The notes below the pieces were generated by a model, which was not told the origin of the DNA, made no database searches, and worked only from the letters and a program-made list of their open reading frames with translations. A stretch of DNA of 63,503 nt, counting the filler. It is 8 parts of 8 records of this genome, joined end to end, with 100 filler letters (N's around TTAATTAATTAA, not from the genome) between each part and the next. Parts side by side here need not be neighbours in the genome. Positions count along the whole stretch, not along the records: positions 32,999 to 39,657 come from SRR20825006_1587; positions 39,758 to 47,524 come from SRR20825006_1589; positions 47,625 to 57,014 come from SRR20825006_1600; 5 more parts are not named here. The stretch is one strand, 5' to 3'. Shown here piece by piece: positions 39,614 to 49,359 of this stretch. Both the position numbers and the translations under genes were made by a program. The number at the start of each line of letters is the position of its first letter. The first letter of the stretch is position 1.

Positions 39614-39657
39614 GCATGGTGCATGGTGCATGGTGCGTGGTGCGTGGTGCGTGGTGC
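39614..39657. repeat. Heptamer tandem repeat running off the contig end
   Basis: (GCATGGT)3(GCGTGGT)3GC. Confidence 0.92.
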
Positions 39658-39757
39658 NNNNNNNNNNNNNNNNNNNNNNNNNNNNNNNNNNNNNNNNNNN
39701 NTTAATTAATTAANNNNNNNNNNNNNNNNNNNNNNNNNNNNNNNNNNNNNNNNNNNN

Positions 39758-40657
39758 GAACTCGGCCTTGCTCTCGCGCAGCTTGTCCATGGCAACGATG
39801 TCATCCATGCCCGACTGGAGATAGCTGTCGAAGACAGCGAGCTTGGCTGCCGCGCGCACGACCTCCTGCAGGTCCTCCGGCAGGGCCTCCCAGGTCTCCT
39901 TCTTGATGATGAACTCGTTGATGCCGGCCGGGAAATGGACGCCCGGATAGATGATGTACTCGGCGGCATTCTGCAGGCCGGCGACCAGATTGTCAGCCGG
40001 GCCCGACCACTCGGCGATGTCGACGCCGCCGCGCTCGAGCATGGTGTAGACCTCGCTACCGGTCACGAAGACCGGGGACGCCTCGAAATATTCCGAGAGG
40101 ATGGACGACCACGCGCCGGCCGCCCGGAACTTCGCGCCCTTGAGATCCTCGACGGAATTGACCGGGCGGTGGGAGTGCCAAAGCTCGGTGCCGACGATGC
40201 CGCCCACGAGCGAGTAGAGGCCCTGGGTTTCCAGCTTGAACTCGGTCAGGAGGTCCTGTCCGCCGCCGTCATAGAGCCAGAACAGCATGGTCTCGATGCC
40301 CATGCCGCCCGGCTGGCCGGCATAGAACGAATTGGCCGGATCCTCGTTGACCACATACAGCGGGGTGATCATCGCCGCGTCCGCCGTGCCGTCGAGCACC
40401 GCTTCGTAATTGCGGGTCGCTGGCGCCAGGACGTCGACGGGGAACGGCTTGATGATCAGGCGTCCCTCGGACATCTCGTTGACCCGAGTGACGAACGGCA
40501 TGACCATGTTGCGCCAGAGGCCCCAGGTCTCGCCGGCATAGCTCGACATGCGCCAGACGATCGGGTTCTCCGCCGTCGGAGCCTCCTGAGCCTGCGCGAT
40601 CGTTCCTGCCCCCACGGCCACCGCAGCAGCCAGGCCAACTCTTTTAATCCAGTCCAT
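39758..40657 (-). CDS. dctP: TRAP transporter solute-binding protein (3' end cut)
   Basis: Signal peptide, MSEGRLIIKPF, VEDLKGAKFR, EVYTMLERGGVD, WEALPEDLQ. Confidence 0.9.
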
Positions 40658-40801
40658 TCACCCCTCCAATATTTCCGGCTCTCTCCGACCAGACCCCTCA
40701 CCGCGGCATTCGGTTGCCGTTCGGCTTTCCTTGGCCGGCTTAAGAAAGCGACGATCCAGTACACCACACCAAAACGGCTTGCGCATCAGTTTTCGTAACA
40801 C

Positions 40802-40822
40802 TATTCCTATATTCGGAACATA
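40802..40822. promoter_or_regulatory. Putative IclR operator
   Basis: TATTCCTATATTCGGAACATA (TTCC-N7-GGAA) between divergent dctP and iclR. Confidence 0.55.
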
Positions 40823-41055
40823 AGCTCGGGCGATCCCGGCAGGCAGCGACGGGGAATTTTCGGTTAAGAGTTTGATTGGAAATCCTTATTCGGCCTTGTG
40901 CAGGTTGTTTCGGCAATTGCATAAATTTTGGCCAAGGGGCGAGTTGGGCATGCAGTCGACACGCTTGGGTGGAACCCTGCGCGAGGTCTGCTCATTGGCT
41001 GGGCTGTCTGTCGGGGCCGACGGTGGCGCGGGATGACGAATGGAACGCGGAGGGA

Positions 41056-41880
41056 ATGCCAGTGGCAGGTCAGGAACACGAGACGGACGGCGCGGGCCTT
41101 GTCGACGTACGGTCGCTGCCCAACCTGAACCTTGCCCGCGGGCTTCTCGCGCTGGAGGCGTTCACGGCGGCACGTCCGAATTGGGGGGTGCGGGAACTTG
41201 CGCGTGCCCTGGAGACCAATCCGACCACAATGCACCGGCTTCTGACGACGCTGGAGGCTTTCGGTTACGTCGAGCAGGACCAGGCCACGTCCCTCTACAG
41301 GCTCGGGCCGAAGATCATGCGGATCGCGTCCACCTACTCGGAGCAGAACAAGCTTCCGGTCGTCGCCAGGCGGGTGTTCGAGGAGTTCTCCGACCGCTTC
41401 GATCACAGCTTCTATCTCGGGGTCCTCAGCAATTTCGACGTTGTCTATGTCGCCGTTCTGGACGGGCGGGGGGCGTTGAAGATCTCCATGCAGCCCGGCG
41501 GCCGCACGGCGCTCTACAGCACCGGAATGGGCAAAATCCTGCTGGCTTCCCAGGATGACGAGTTCATCGAGGCCTTCCTCAAGTCCGTGCCGCTGAAGAA
41601 GAACACGCCGCGCACAATCACCTTTGCCAAGGACCTCTGGAAGGAGGTCGAGGAAATCCGGCGGCTCGGCTATGCGGTCAACTACGGCGAGCATTTCGCG
41701 GAGGTCGGCGCGGTGGCCGTCCCGCTGCGCGACTTCACCGGGGCGGTGATCGGGGGCCTGTCGCTCGGCTTTCCGATCATGCTGCTGTCTTCCGGCGCCA
41801 TCGACATCGACAGCCTCCGCACCCTGGCCGACGAGACGGCGACCGCGATCCGGTGGCGCCTGGACGGCCGATCGGACTGA
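41056..41880 (+). CDS. IclR family regulator
   Basis: LARGLLALE..GVRELAR..HRLLTTL, LYSTGMGK, IRRLGYAVN; start set at MPVAGQ after GGAGGG. Confidence 0.93.
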   Translation: MPVAGQEHETDGAGLVDVRSLPNLNLARGLLALEAFTAARPNWGVRELARALETNPTTMHRLLTTLEAFGYVEQDQATSLYRLGPKIMRIASTYSEQNKLPVVARRVFEEFSDRFDHSFYLGVLSNFDVVYVAVLDGRGALKISMQPGGRTALYSTGMGKILLASQDDEFIEAFLKSVPLKKNTPRTITFAKDLWKEVEEIRRLGYAVNYGEHFAEVGAVAVPLRDFTGAVIGGLSLGFPIMLLSSGAIDIDSLRTLADETATAIRWRLDGRSD

Positions 41881-41884
41881 GTCC

Positions 41885-43087
41885 TCACGGCTCGATCAGA
41901 ATCATGTCCCGCGTCAGTGTCGTGAGGAGCGTGTTGTCGCCGGCCTCGCCGACGACAAAGGGGTCCTCGACATGCAGCCCGCCGATGCCGAAGGCGTAGT
42001 AGGGCGTCTCGACGTTGAGCACCATTCCCGCCTCGATCGGTGTCTCGTTGCCGGGCGCCAGGATCGGCTGTTCGTAGATCTCCGCGCCGATGCCGTGGCC
42101 GACGTGGTGGCGACGGTAGCCGGGAAGCCCGGCGTTCCGGGTCGCGTCCATCATCATGTCGAACACCTCGTGCGCCAGTTGACCCGGGCGCACCGAGCGG
42201 ATCGCCTCGTCCTCACCCGCCTTCAGGGCGGCATAGATCGCGGTGTTGCGCGCGGAGGGCTCGCCAAAGGCGACGTTGCGGGCGATGTCCGACCAGTAGC
42301 CGTCCTTCACGCATCCCACGTCGAACCAGACGGTGTCGCCCTTCGACAGCCGGGTTGCTCCGGGCAGGATCTGACCTCCGACGCCGTTGCGGCCGATGCG
42401 GATCATCGCCAGGCGTGGCCAGCCGTCCTGCGAGGCGATCGCCCGGTTGAAGGCCAGCATGAGTTCGCGCTCGGTGACGCCCTCCTCCATGATCGAGGCG
42501 GCAGCGAGAATGGCGCTTTCGGCGGCCGCGGCCGACCGGCGGATCCGGCGGATCTCCTCTGCCGTTTTCACGCGCCGCACGAACGCCAGCGTCTTGGAGG
42601 CGTCGACGAAGGTTGCCGTGGGCAGCAGCGCCGCGAGCTGTTCGCGGACACCCGGCTTCAGCCCGTCGGTATCGAGGCCTACCCGCGCGTGGGCGAGGCC
42701 GGCGGCTTTAATCGCCGCGGCAAGGGCATCCACGGGCGTCTTGTGTGCAGGGCGAACCACTGACAGATCGTGCAGCCGGCGCTCGTCGTCGGTCAGCGCC
42801 GTGCCCTCGGGAACCTCCCGGAAAAACGTCCCGCAGGTCTCGACGCCGGCGATTCCCTCGAAGCCGTCCAGAACCTGGTCGACTTCCCCCACGCTGCAGA
42901 CATAGCGCGGCGCTTCGGGCGCCTCGGCCGTTGCCACCGCGTATCCCTGGCCGAAATAGGGGTGGATCGCCAGAGACACGCTGGCGATGCCGGTCAGATA
43001 GTGAACGTTCTCACTTGTTGCCGCGACGATGCCGTCGAGCCCTTCCTCCGCGAGTCGGCTCCGAAACCGAGCGGTATTGACCAGCAT
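41885..43087 (-). CDS. M24 Xaa-Pro peptidase-family metallohydrolase
   Basis: Metal ligands intact: FDVG, WSD, GHGIG, NVETP, HVED; start at MLVNTA. Confidence 0.92.
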   Translation of the reverse strand: MLVNTARFRSRLAEEGLDGIVAATSENVHYLTGIASVSLAIHPYFGQGYAVATAEAPEAPRYVCSVGEVDQVLDGFEGIAGVETCGTFFREVPEGTALTDDERRLHDLSVVRPAHKTPVDALAAAIKAAGLAHARVGLDTDGLKPGVREQLAALLPTATFVDASKTLAFVRRVKTAEEIRRIRRSAAAAESAILAAASIMEEGVTERELMLAFNRAIASQDGWPRLAMIRIGRNGVGGQILPGATRLSKGDTVWFDVGCVKDGYWSDIARNVAFGEPSARNTAIYAALKAGEDEAIRSVRPGQLAHEVFDMMMDATRNAGLPGYRRHHVGHGIGAEIYEQPILAPGNETPIEAGMVLNVETPYYAFGIGGLHVEDPFVVGEAGDNTLLTTLTRDMILIEP

Positions 43088-43285
43088 GACGCCCCCAAGT
43101 GTTACGATAAAAGAAACAGCATTCCGATTATGGACATTTAGGGATATGGGCCGGGGGTCTGTCAACGCTTCCCGATCGCTTTGGCGTCACCGACCGCGTA
43201 CCTTCGGCGCTGCGGGTCAGGCGGGTTTGGCGGCGAATGAACGCGGTCGCGAGTTGACATCCGGGGCAAAGCCCAAAATGATAAG

Positions 43286-43314
43286 AGAAACAGCGTTTCT
43301 ATAATAGGAACGCT
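43286..43314. promoter_or_regulatory. Putative operator palindrome, with a direct-repeat copy at 43112-43133
   Basis: AGCGTTTCTATAATAGGAACGCT; both copies begin with AGAAACAGC. Confidence 0.6.
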
Positions 43315-43350
43315 AATCGGTCGGTCGTTTCACGAAGGGATTCGCGCATC

Positions 43351-44361
43351 ATGAAGGTCAGTGTCGGACTGCCGACCGGTATGGAAGGCATGATGTATCC
43401 GGTGCCGTTTGCGCGGGTGGAGGATCTGGTCGCCATTGCCGTGCGGGCGGAGGAACTCGGCTACGACTCCGTCTGGGGCAACGACCACATGACGACCCAG
43501 CGCTATGTGCGCGAGGAATTTGCGACGCCTCCGAACTTCTGGGAAATCCTCGCCACATACGCCTACATCGCCGCGAAGACCTCCCGCATCCGCATGGGGA
43601 CCGGGATGCTCGTGATGCCGATGCGGCGCGACATCGTCGTCACCGCAAAGCAGATCGCCACCATCGACCAGTTGAGCGGTGGCCGGCTGGAGATCGGCGT
43701 CGGCGTCGGCGCGTACCGGGAGGAGTTCGAGGCGCTGCACCCCGGCTGGAAGGCCCATCGGGGGCGGATGGTGGAAGAAAGCCTGCGGGCGTTCACCCAG
43801 CTCTTCACCGAGCGGACAGCTACGTTCGACGGCGAGTTCTACAAGTATCGCGACGTGGAAATGTACCCGAAGCCGGCGCAGGACCCGCTGCCGCTCTACG
43901 TGGGCGGCAACAATCCCAACGCCATTGTCCGGACGGTGGAATTCGCGCACGGGTGGCTGCCGGCGTGCGTGGAAGTCGGCAAGCTGGCGCGGGCCGTGAC
44001 GACGCTCAGGGAGTTTGCCGACAAGAAGGGGCGGGATGCGGCCGCGATCGAAGTCGCGCCGCAATTCGTCTGCTACATCGGCAAGACGCACGAGGAGGCC
44101 GTCGAACGCTTCCGCAAGAGCCAGATGTACAAGCACTTGGTCTCTCTGTCCCAGTCGACGCTCAAGGACCAGGGCGCCGTCAGCCATGAGGACATCAACC
44201 TCGTCGGCACGGCCGATGAGGTCATCGCGAAGGCCAAGGCGCTGGAGGCGGCCGGAGCGACGCATCTGCTGGGCCTCTACTTCGCCGCCGACACGGTCGG
44301 TGAGCTCATGGACCAGATGCAGGTGTTCGCCGAAGACGTCATGCCCCACGTCGTGTCCTGA
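43351..44361 (+). CDS. Luciferase-like (LLM) flavin/F420-dependent oxidoreductase
   Basis: AEELGYDSVWGNDH, ATIDQLSGGRLEIGVGVG, PKPAQDPLPLYVGG. Confidence 0.92.
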   Translation: MKVSVGLPTGMEGMMYPVPFARVEDLVAIAVRAEELGYDSVWGNDHMTTQRYVREEFATPPNFWEILATYAYIAAKTSRIRMGTGMLVMPMRRDIVVTAKQIATIDQLSGGRLEIGVGVGAYREEFEALHPGWKAHRGRMVEESLRAFTQLFTERTATFDGEFYKYRDVEMYPKPAQDPLPLYVGGNNPNAIVRTVEFAHGWLPACVEVGKLARAVTTLREFADKKGRDAAAIEVAPQFVCYIGKTHEEAVERFRKSQMYKHLVSLSQSTLKDQGAVSHEDINLVGTADEVIAKAKALEAAGATHLLGLYFAADTVGELMDQMQVFAEDVMPHVVS

Positions 44362-44363
44362 CC

Positions 44364-45635
44364 ATGCGCGACGCGTCATCCGGTCCCGCGACCGCGGGAG
44401 AAAGCCTGGCTCTCGGCCAGCGCTCGCTCGGCGATCCGGGCCAGCTGTTTCCAATGCTGCCCGTCCTGACGTCCGGCTGCCCATCGACCTCCGGAGAGGC
44501 GATGCAGTATCCGCTCGAGGTCGACTACGACTACGGTCGTGTCGACCCGGCGATGTTCGACCAGGCCCCGCTGCCGGGGCTGGCGCGCTGGGCGCCGCTG
44601 CTGCCGCCGCTTGCCCCCGGCCTCACGCTGGGCGAAGGCGGAACGGCGCTCTTCGAAGCCGCCGAGTTCGGGCACGCGATCGGCCTCAAGGGATCGCTGC
44701 TTCTCAAGGACGAGAGCCGCAATCCGACCTGGAGCCACAAGGACCGGCTCAATCTCTGCGTGGTCTCGGCCGCTGTCGCCTCCGGCGCGCGCGGGATCGC
44801 CGTTGCGTCGTCCGGCAATCACGGGGCCGCGGCCGCGGCCTACGCGGCGCGCGCGGGCCTGCCCTGTGTGGTCGTCATTTCCGAGGGGCCGCAGCCCAGT
44901 TTCCGCCGCCTCCTCGCCGCGCTCGGCGCCCACGTCGTGGTGGCACCGTTCGACCGCCGATGGGCGGCGTTGCGCCGGATCGTCGACGAGGCGGGGTTCA
45001 TGCCGGCGAGCAATCTCACCCGCTTCCACACGGGCAACCCGTACGGCCCGGAAGGCTACAAGACGATCGCCTACGAGCTGTTCCTGCAGCTCGGGCGGAG
45101 GATCCCCGATTCCGTGCTGATCCCGACCGGCTATGCGGAGCTGCTGTTCGGGGTCGCCAAAGGGTTCCGGGAGCTCCGCCTGCTTGGGCTGACCGACCGG
45201 ATGCCGCGGCTGTTCTCTGCCGAGCCGGAAGTGCGCGGACCGCTCGCGCGGGCGGTCGGGTCGAACGCGGCGGCCGTCGAGGTCGACCCCGCGCCGTCGG
45301 CGGCCCCCGGCATCGCCTGCACCGTGGGAGGCTATCGGGGAGTGGTGGCGTTGCGGGAGACGGGGGGCTCGGCGCTGACCGCCGCCGAGCACGAACTCGC
45401 GATCATGCGCGACCGGCTGGCCCGCATCGGGATCTATCAGGAGATCTCCGGCACAGCGGCGCTGGCAGCCGGGGCCGCGGCGGCTGCGCGTGGCGAGGAT
45501 CTCGGGGAAACCGTTGTCGCGATCCTAACGTCGAGCGGGTTGAAGGAAGGCCCGATGGACGTATCCGACGTGGCCATCCATACCGAGGAAACCCTGGACG
45601 GTCTGCTCGACGAACTTGGCCGCACGGCGGGCTGA
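44364..45635 (+). CDS. Threonine-synthase-like PLP enzyme
   Basis: TLGEGGT, KDESRNPTWSHKDR, ASSGNHG, EGYKTIAYE, ILTSSGLK. Confidence 0.9.
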   Translation: MRDASSGPATAGESLALGQRSLGDPGQLFPMLPVLTSGCPSTSGEAMQYPLEVDYDYGRVDPAMFDQAPLPGLARWAPLLPPLAPGLTLGEGGTALFEAAEFGHAIGLKGSLLLKDESRNPTWSHKDRLNLCVVSAAVASGARGIAVASSGNHGAAAAAYAARAGLPCVVVISEGPQPSFRRLLAALGAHVVVAPFDRRWAALRRIVDEAGFMPASNLTRFHTGNPYGPEGYKTIAYELFLQLGRRIPDSVLIPTGYAELLFGVAKGFRELRLLGLTDRMPRLFSAEPEVRGPLARAVGSNAAAVEVDPAPSAAPGIACTVGGYRGVVALRETGGSALTAAEHELAIMRDRLARIGIYQEISGTAALAAGAAAAARGEDLGETVVAILTSSGLKEGPMDVSDVAIHTEETLDGLLDELGRTAG

Positions 45636-45729
45636 GTGAGGGGCGGCAACGCCGGGGCGTTTGGCAGCCGGACCTGGCGCGTGCCGGATCGCTGGGCGCC
45701 GTGCGGGGAATGAGAGAGGACATGGGACG

Positions 45730-46704
45730 ATGATCGACATCAGTCTGGAGGGCAGCGAATCCTGGCCGGAAACGATGGCGATGATCGCCGCGATGGAACG
45801 GCAAGGCGTCGAGACGGTCTGGCTGGCGAGCCACCTCTTCCAGCGCGAGCCGATCGCGCGGGCCGCGGCAATCCTCTCGGCGAGCCGCTCGTTGTCGGTC
45901 GCGCTCATGGCGATGAGCCCCTACACCGTGCATCCGGTCTATGCGGCGATGGCGGCCGCGACACTCGACGAGATGTTTCCGGGCCGGGTCACGCTCTGCC
46001 TGGGCGTTGGAGCACCCCGGGACCTTCAGGCGGCGGGGGTCGAGGCCCCCAAGCCTCTGTCGACATTGCGCGAGGCGATCGCCGTCACCCGGGCGCTCTT
46101 TGCTGGTGAAACCGTCGCGCACGACGGTGCGATCTTCTCCGTCAACGGCCGTCGGCTGGCCTCCGGTTCGTGCCGGGCGCCGATCGCGCTTGCGGCTTCG
46201 GGCCCGAAGATGCTGGAGCTCGCCGGTGAGGTCGCCGACGGCGTGCTCATCAGCGCGGCCGCTTCGGTGCCGTTCATCCGCGAGTGTCTCGAGAGGGTGG
46301 CCGCCGGCGAAGCGAAGAGCGGCCGCACGGTCCGGAAGACCGGCCTTCTCTATGCCGCCGTGGCCGACGAGGAGGCGGCCGCGCACGCCCGTCTGAAGCG
46401 AACCCTCGGCTTCATTCTCAGGGGGCCGCACCACGCCCGCAACATCGAACTCGGCGGTTCGAGCCTCGATCAGGACGCGCTGGCCAGGTCCTTCGCCGAT
46501 GAGGACTGGCAGGCCGTGGAAGCGCTGCTCACCGACGAGATCGTGGCACGGCATGCCGCCAGCGGCCGGCCGGACCAGGTTCGGGCCCGCATGGGGGCCT
46601 ATCGCTCGGCCGGGCTCGATCAGCTGGTGCTGTCCGGCGTTTCCAGCGCCGACGACGCCGCTTGCCTGATCGATGCCCTCAGGCAGGAAGACGGCGTGGA
46701 TTGA
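45730..46704 (+). CDS. Second LLM oxidoreductase (Mer-like)
   Basis: HPVYAAMAAATLDE..PGRVTLCLGVG, AASGPKMLELAGEVADG; start at MIDISL. Confidence 0.88.
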   Translation: MIDISLEGSESWPETMAMIAAMERQGVETVWLASHLFQREPIARAAAILSASRSLSVALMAMSPYTVHPVYAAMAAATLDEMFPGRVTLCLGVGAPRDLQAAGVEAPKPLSTLREAIAVTRALFAGETVAHDGAIFSVNGRRLASGSCRAPIALAASGPKMLELAGEVADGVLISAAASVPFIRECLERVAAGEAKSGRTVRKTGLLYAAVADEEAAAHARLKRTLGFILRGPHHARNIELGGSSLDQDALARSFADEDWQAVEALLTDEIVARHAASGRPDQVRARMGAYRSAGLDQLVLSGVSSADDAACLIDALRQEDGVD

Positions 46705-46746
46705 GGGCGGGGAGGTCACGACCTCCCGCCGCGCCCGCGGCAGCCC

Positions 46747-47524
46747 TCACCGGATATCGCCCGCCGGCGTCAGGCGCGTTTCGTCATAGGCGCCGTCCTC
46801 CTCGCGCGCGGAGCGCTCGGCTTCCTCGATCAGCCAGTCCATGAAGCGCTTGACGATGGGCTTGTCCGCGTCGGCCTTGCGGCAGACGAGAGCATAGGGC
46901 TTGTCGGCCCTGACGATCTCCGCGAACGGCGCGACCAGGCGTCCGGCCTCCAGATCGTTGCGTAGCAGCGTCGGCTGACCGATGGCGATGCCGAACCCTT
47001 CGCGCGCGGCCTGGTAGGCCAGCGAGGAGTTCTCGAATCGCACGCCATGGCTGCCCGGATCGAGGTCGCCCAAGCCGGTCGCCTCGGCCCACATGCGCCA
47101 TTGCTGGATATGCATGTCGGAAAAGAAGATCTGCAGCTTCTCCAGCGCCGCAGGGGTCAGCGGGCTGGTTCGCTCCAGCGTCGTGGGGCTGCACACCGGC
47201 GTGAAGCGGCGCTCGAAGATGTAGCGCGAGACCAGCGACTTGTCGCCGGGATCGCCGATGGAGAGCGCGACGTCGATTTCCTTCCGGTCGAGCGGACGGG
47301 CCTGCAGCGATGGCCGGATCCGGATGTCGACGTCCGGGACGACGGCATAGAAGGCCGGAAGCCGAGGCATCAGCCACTGGATCGCGAACGTCGGGAAAAG
47401 GTTGACGGTCAGGGTCGAATCCTCGGGCTCGACCACCGCCTCGTCCACGGCCTCTCCAATGGCGGCGAACGCGGACTGGAGACGGGTCGCGAGCTGGCGA
47501 CCGCGGGCGTTCAGGGTCACGCCA
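46747..47524 (-). CDS. LysR family regulator (GcvA-like), N-terminus cut
   Basis: PTFAIQWLMPRLPAF, AAREGFGIAI, GRLVAPF. Confidence 0.9.
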
Positions 47525-47874
47525 NNNNNNNNNNNNNNNNNNNNNNNNNNNNNNNNNNNNNNNNNNNNTTAATTAATTAANNNNNNNNNNNNNNNNNNNN
47601 NNNNNNNNNNNNNNNNNNNNNNNNTGGCGAGGCGCTCGCCCGCGCCAACCTCTCGATGCCCCATATAGGGGGCGTGGGGCGGCATGGCAACCGTTTGCCT
47701 GCACCGATTTTTCGGGTTTGCGGTGCGTGTCGCGGGGCGCTCGGGCAATCCCCAGACGAAAATCCTGCTTGGTGCCTTGCCTTTAGGTTGCGCAACCGCC
47801 TGACGGGCAGGGGTTTCGTGGGATTGAACCATTTTCGCCCCCGTGGCACAGGTTACTCCGGTGCGAGGGAGACT

Positions 47875-48849
47875 ATGCAGATGCGACACGCGGAAACGGT
47901 GACATTCGGAGGTTCGGCGCTGGACCGCGCAGGCGAGATACGCGCAAACCCGCAGGCAATAGCCGAGGCGCGTGCCCATCCCGATGCCCGTGCAATCGCG
48001 CTGTGGCGCGGCAAGCCGTTGATCGTGCGCATCCGCCCCACAATCCTGATGCGGTTGCCGATGGACCATCCGATCCTGCAGGAGGCAGTGGAAGAGCCGG
48101 TTTTTCTGGGCCGCGAGGATGGCGCGCCGCGCTTTGCCTATGACCTGTCGAAATGGGAGCCGGACCAGACCGACATGGCCGCCCTTGGTGGATTTCTGGA
48201 CCCCAGCGAACAGCATCACCCGACATTGGACGATCTCGAAGTTTTTGCCGAATTGCGCCGGATCATGACATGGCTCAGCCCGCGCGACGCCGAACTGGCG
48301 GCGACGGCCAAGGCGATCATCGGCTGGCACGACAGCCACGGATTCTGTGCCAAATGCGGCGCGGCCAGCGAAATCGCAGATGCCGGATGGCGGCGGGCTT
48401 GTCCGGCCTGCCACACCAGCCACTTTCCGCGTACTGATCCCGTGGTTATCATGCTGATCACACATGGAAATTCTGTTCTGATGGGGCGCTCGCCCGGCTG
48501 GCCCGATGGCATGTATTCGCTGCTGGCCGGCTTTGTCGAACCCGGCGAGACGCTGGAGGCTGCCGTGCGCCGCGAGGTGTTCGAGGAAAGCGGTGTGCGC
48601 GTCGGACAGGTCGATTATCTGGCCAGCCAACCCTGGCCATTCCCGGCGTCGTTGATGTTCGGGTGTCACGGCGTGGCGACCACGGACGAGATCCACATTG
48701 ACCCGGTCGAGATCGAGGATGCCATGTGGGTCAGTCGCGAGGAAATGGTTCAGGCCTTTGCCGGAGAACACCCGCGCCTGTTGCCTGCGCGCAAGGGGGC
48801 TATCGCGCACTTCTTGCTGGAGAACTGGCTTGCGGATACTTTGGATTAA
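47875..48849 (+). CDS. nudC: NAD(+) diphosphatase
   Basis: CAKCG..CPAC, FPRTDP, Nudix box AGFVEPGETLEAAVRREVFEE, SQPWPFPASLM. Confidence 0.96.
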   Translation: MQMRHAETVTFGGSALDRAGEIRANPQAIAEARAHPDARAIALWRGKPLIVRIRPTILMRLPMDHPILQEAVEEPVFLGREDGAPRFAYDLSKWEPDQTDMAALGGFLDPSEQHHPTLDDLEVFAELRRIMTWLSPRDAELAATAKAIIGWHDSHGFCAKCGAASEIADAGWRRACPACHTSHFPRTDPVVIMLITHGNSVLMGRSPGWPDGMYSLLAGFVEPGETLEAAVRREVFEESGVRVGQVDYLASQPWPFPASLMFGCHGVATTDEIHIDPVEIEDAMWVSREEMVQAFAGEHPRLLPARKGAIAHFLLENWLADTLD

Positions 48850-48891
48850 GAACAAGCTGATAGAAAATCTCAAAAGAGAGCGGGCAGTGCC

Positions 48892-49359
48892 ATGAAGTTT
48901 TCAACCCGAGAGGATATCGAAGCCCCTATTGAGGGCGTGTTTGACATGCTCTGCGATTTCGAGGGTTTTGAACGCTCTGCCATGCGTCGTGGTGCCGAAG
49001 TGCAGCGCGTTGACCGGCTGCCCAAGCCCGGTGTCGGGATGATGTGGGACGTCGTGTTTTCGATGCGTGGCAAGATGCGCAAGCTGCAGCTGGAGATGAC
49101 CCGGTTTGAGCGGCCACAGGAGATGCTGCTGGCCTACCGCTCGGCCGGGCTTGAGGGCACGTTCCAGATCGAACTGATGGCGCTGTCGCGCACCCGCACA
49201 CGGGTGGCAATCTCGCTGGACATCGTACCGCTGAACCTGTCGGCGCGCCTGTTGGTACAATCGTTGAAGCTGGCCAAGACGTCGTTGACCAAACGGTTCA
49301 AGCTGCGCGTCGCCGAATATGCCAAAACGATGGAAGAGCGCTATAAACGCTCGGCTTAA
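48892..49359 (+). CDS. SRPBCC/START-like protein
   Basis: EDIEAPIEGVFDMLCDF N-terminus; follows nudC. Confidence 0.75.
   Translation: MKFSTREDIEAPIEGVFDMLCDFEGFERSAMRRGAEVQRVDRLPKPGVGMMWDVVFSMRGKMRKLQLEMTRFERPQEMLLAYRSAGLEGTFQIELMALSRTRTRVAISLDIVPLNLSARLLVQSLKLAKTSLTKRFKLRVAEYAKTMEERYKRSA

Noticed and set aside
44015..45733. 572-aa Arg/Pro/Gly-rich overlapping ORF
   Set aside because: Alternative-frame artefact in very high-GC DNA overlapping two well-supported genes.
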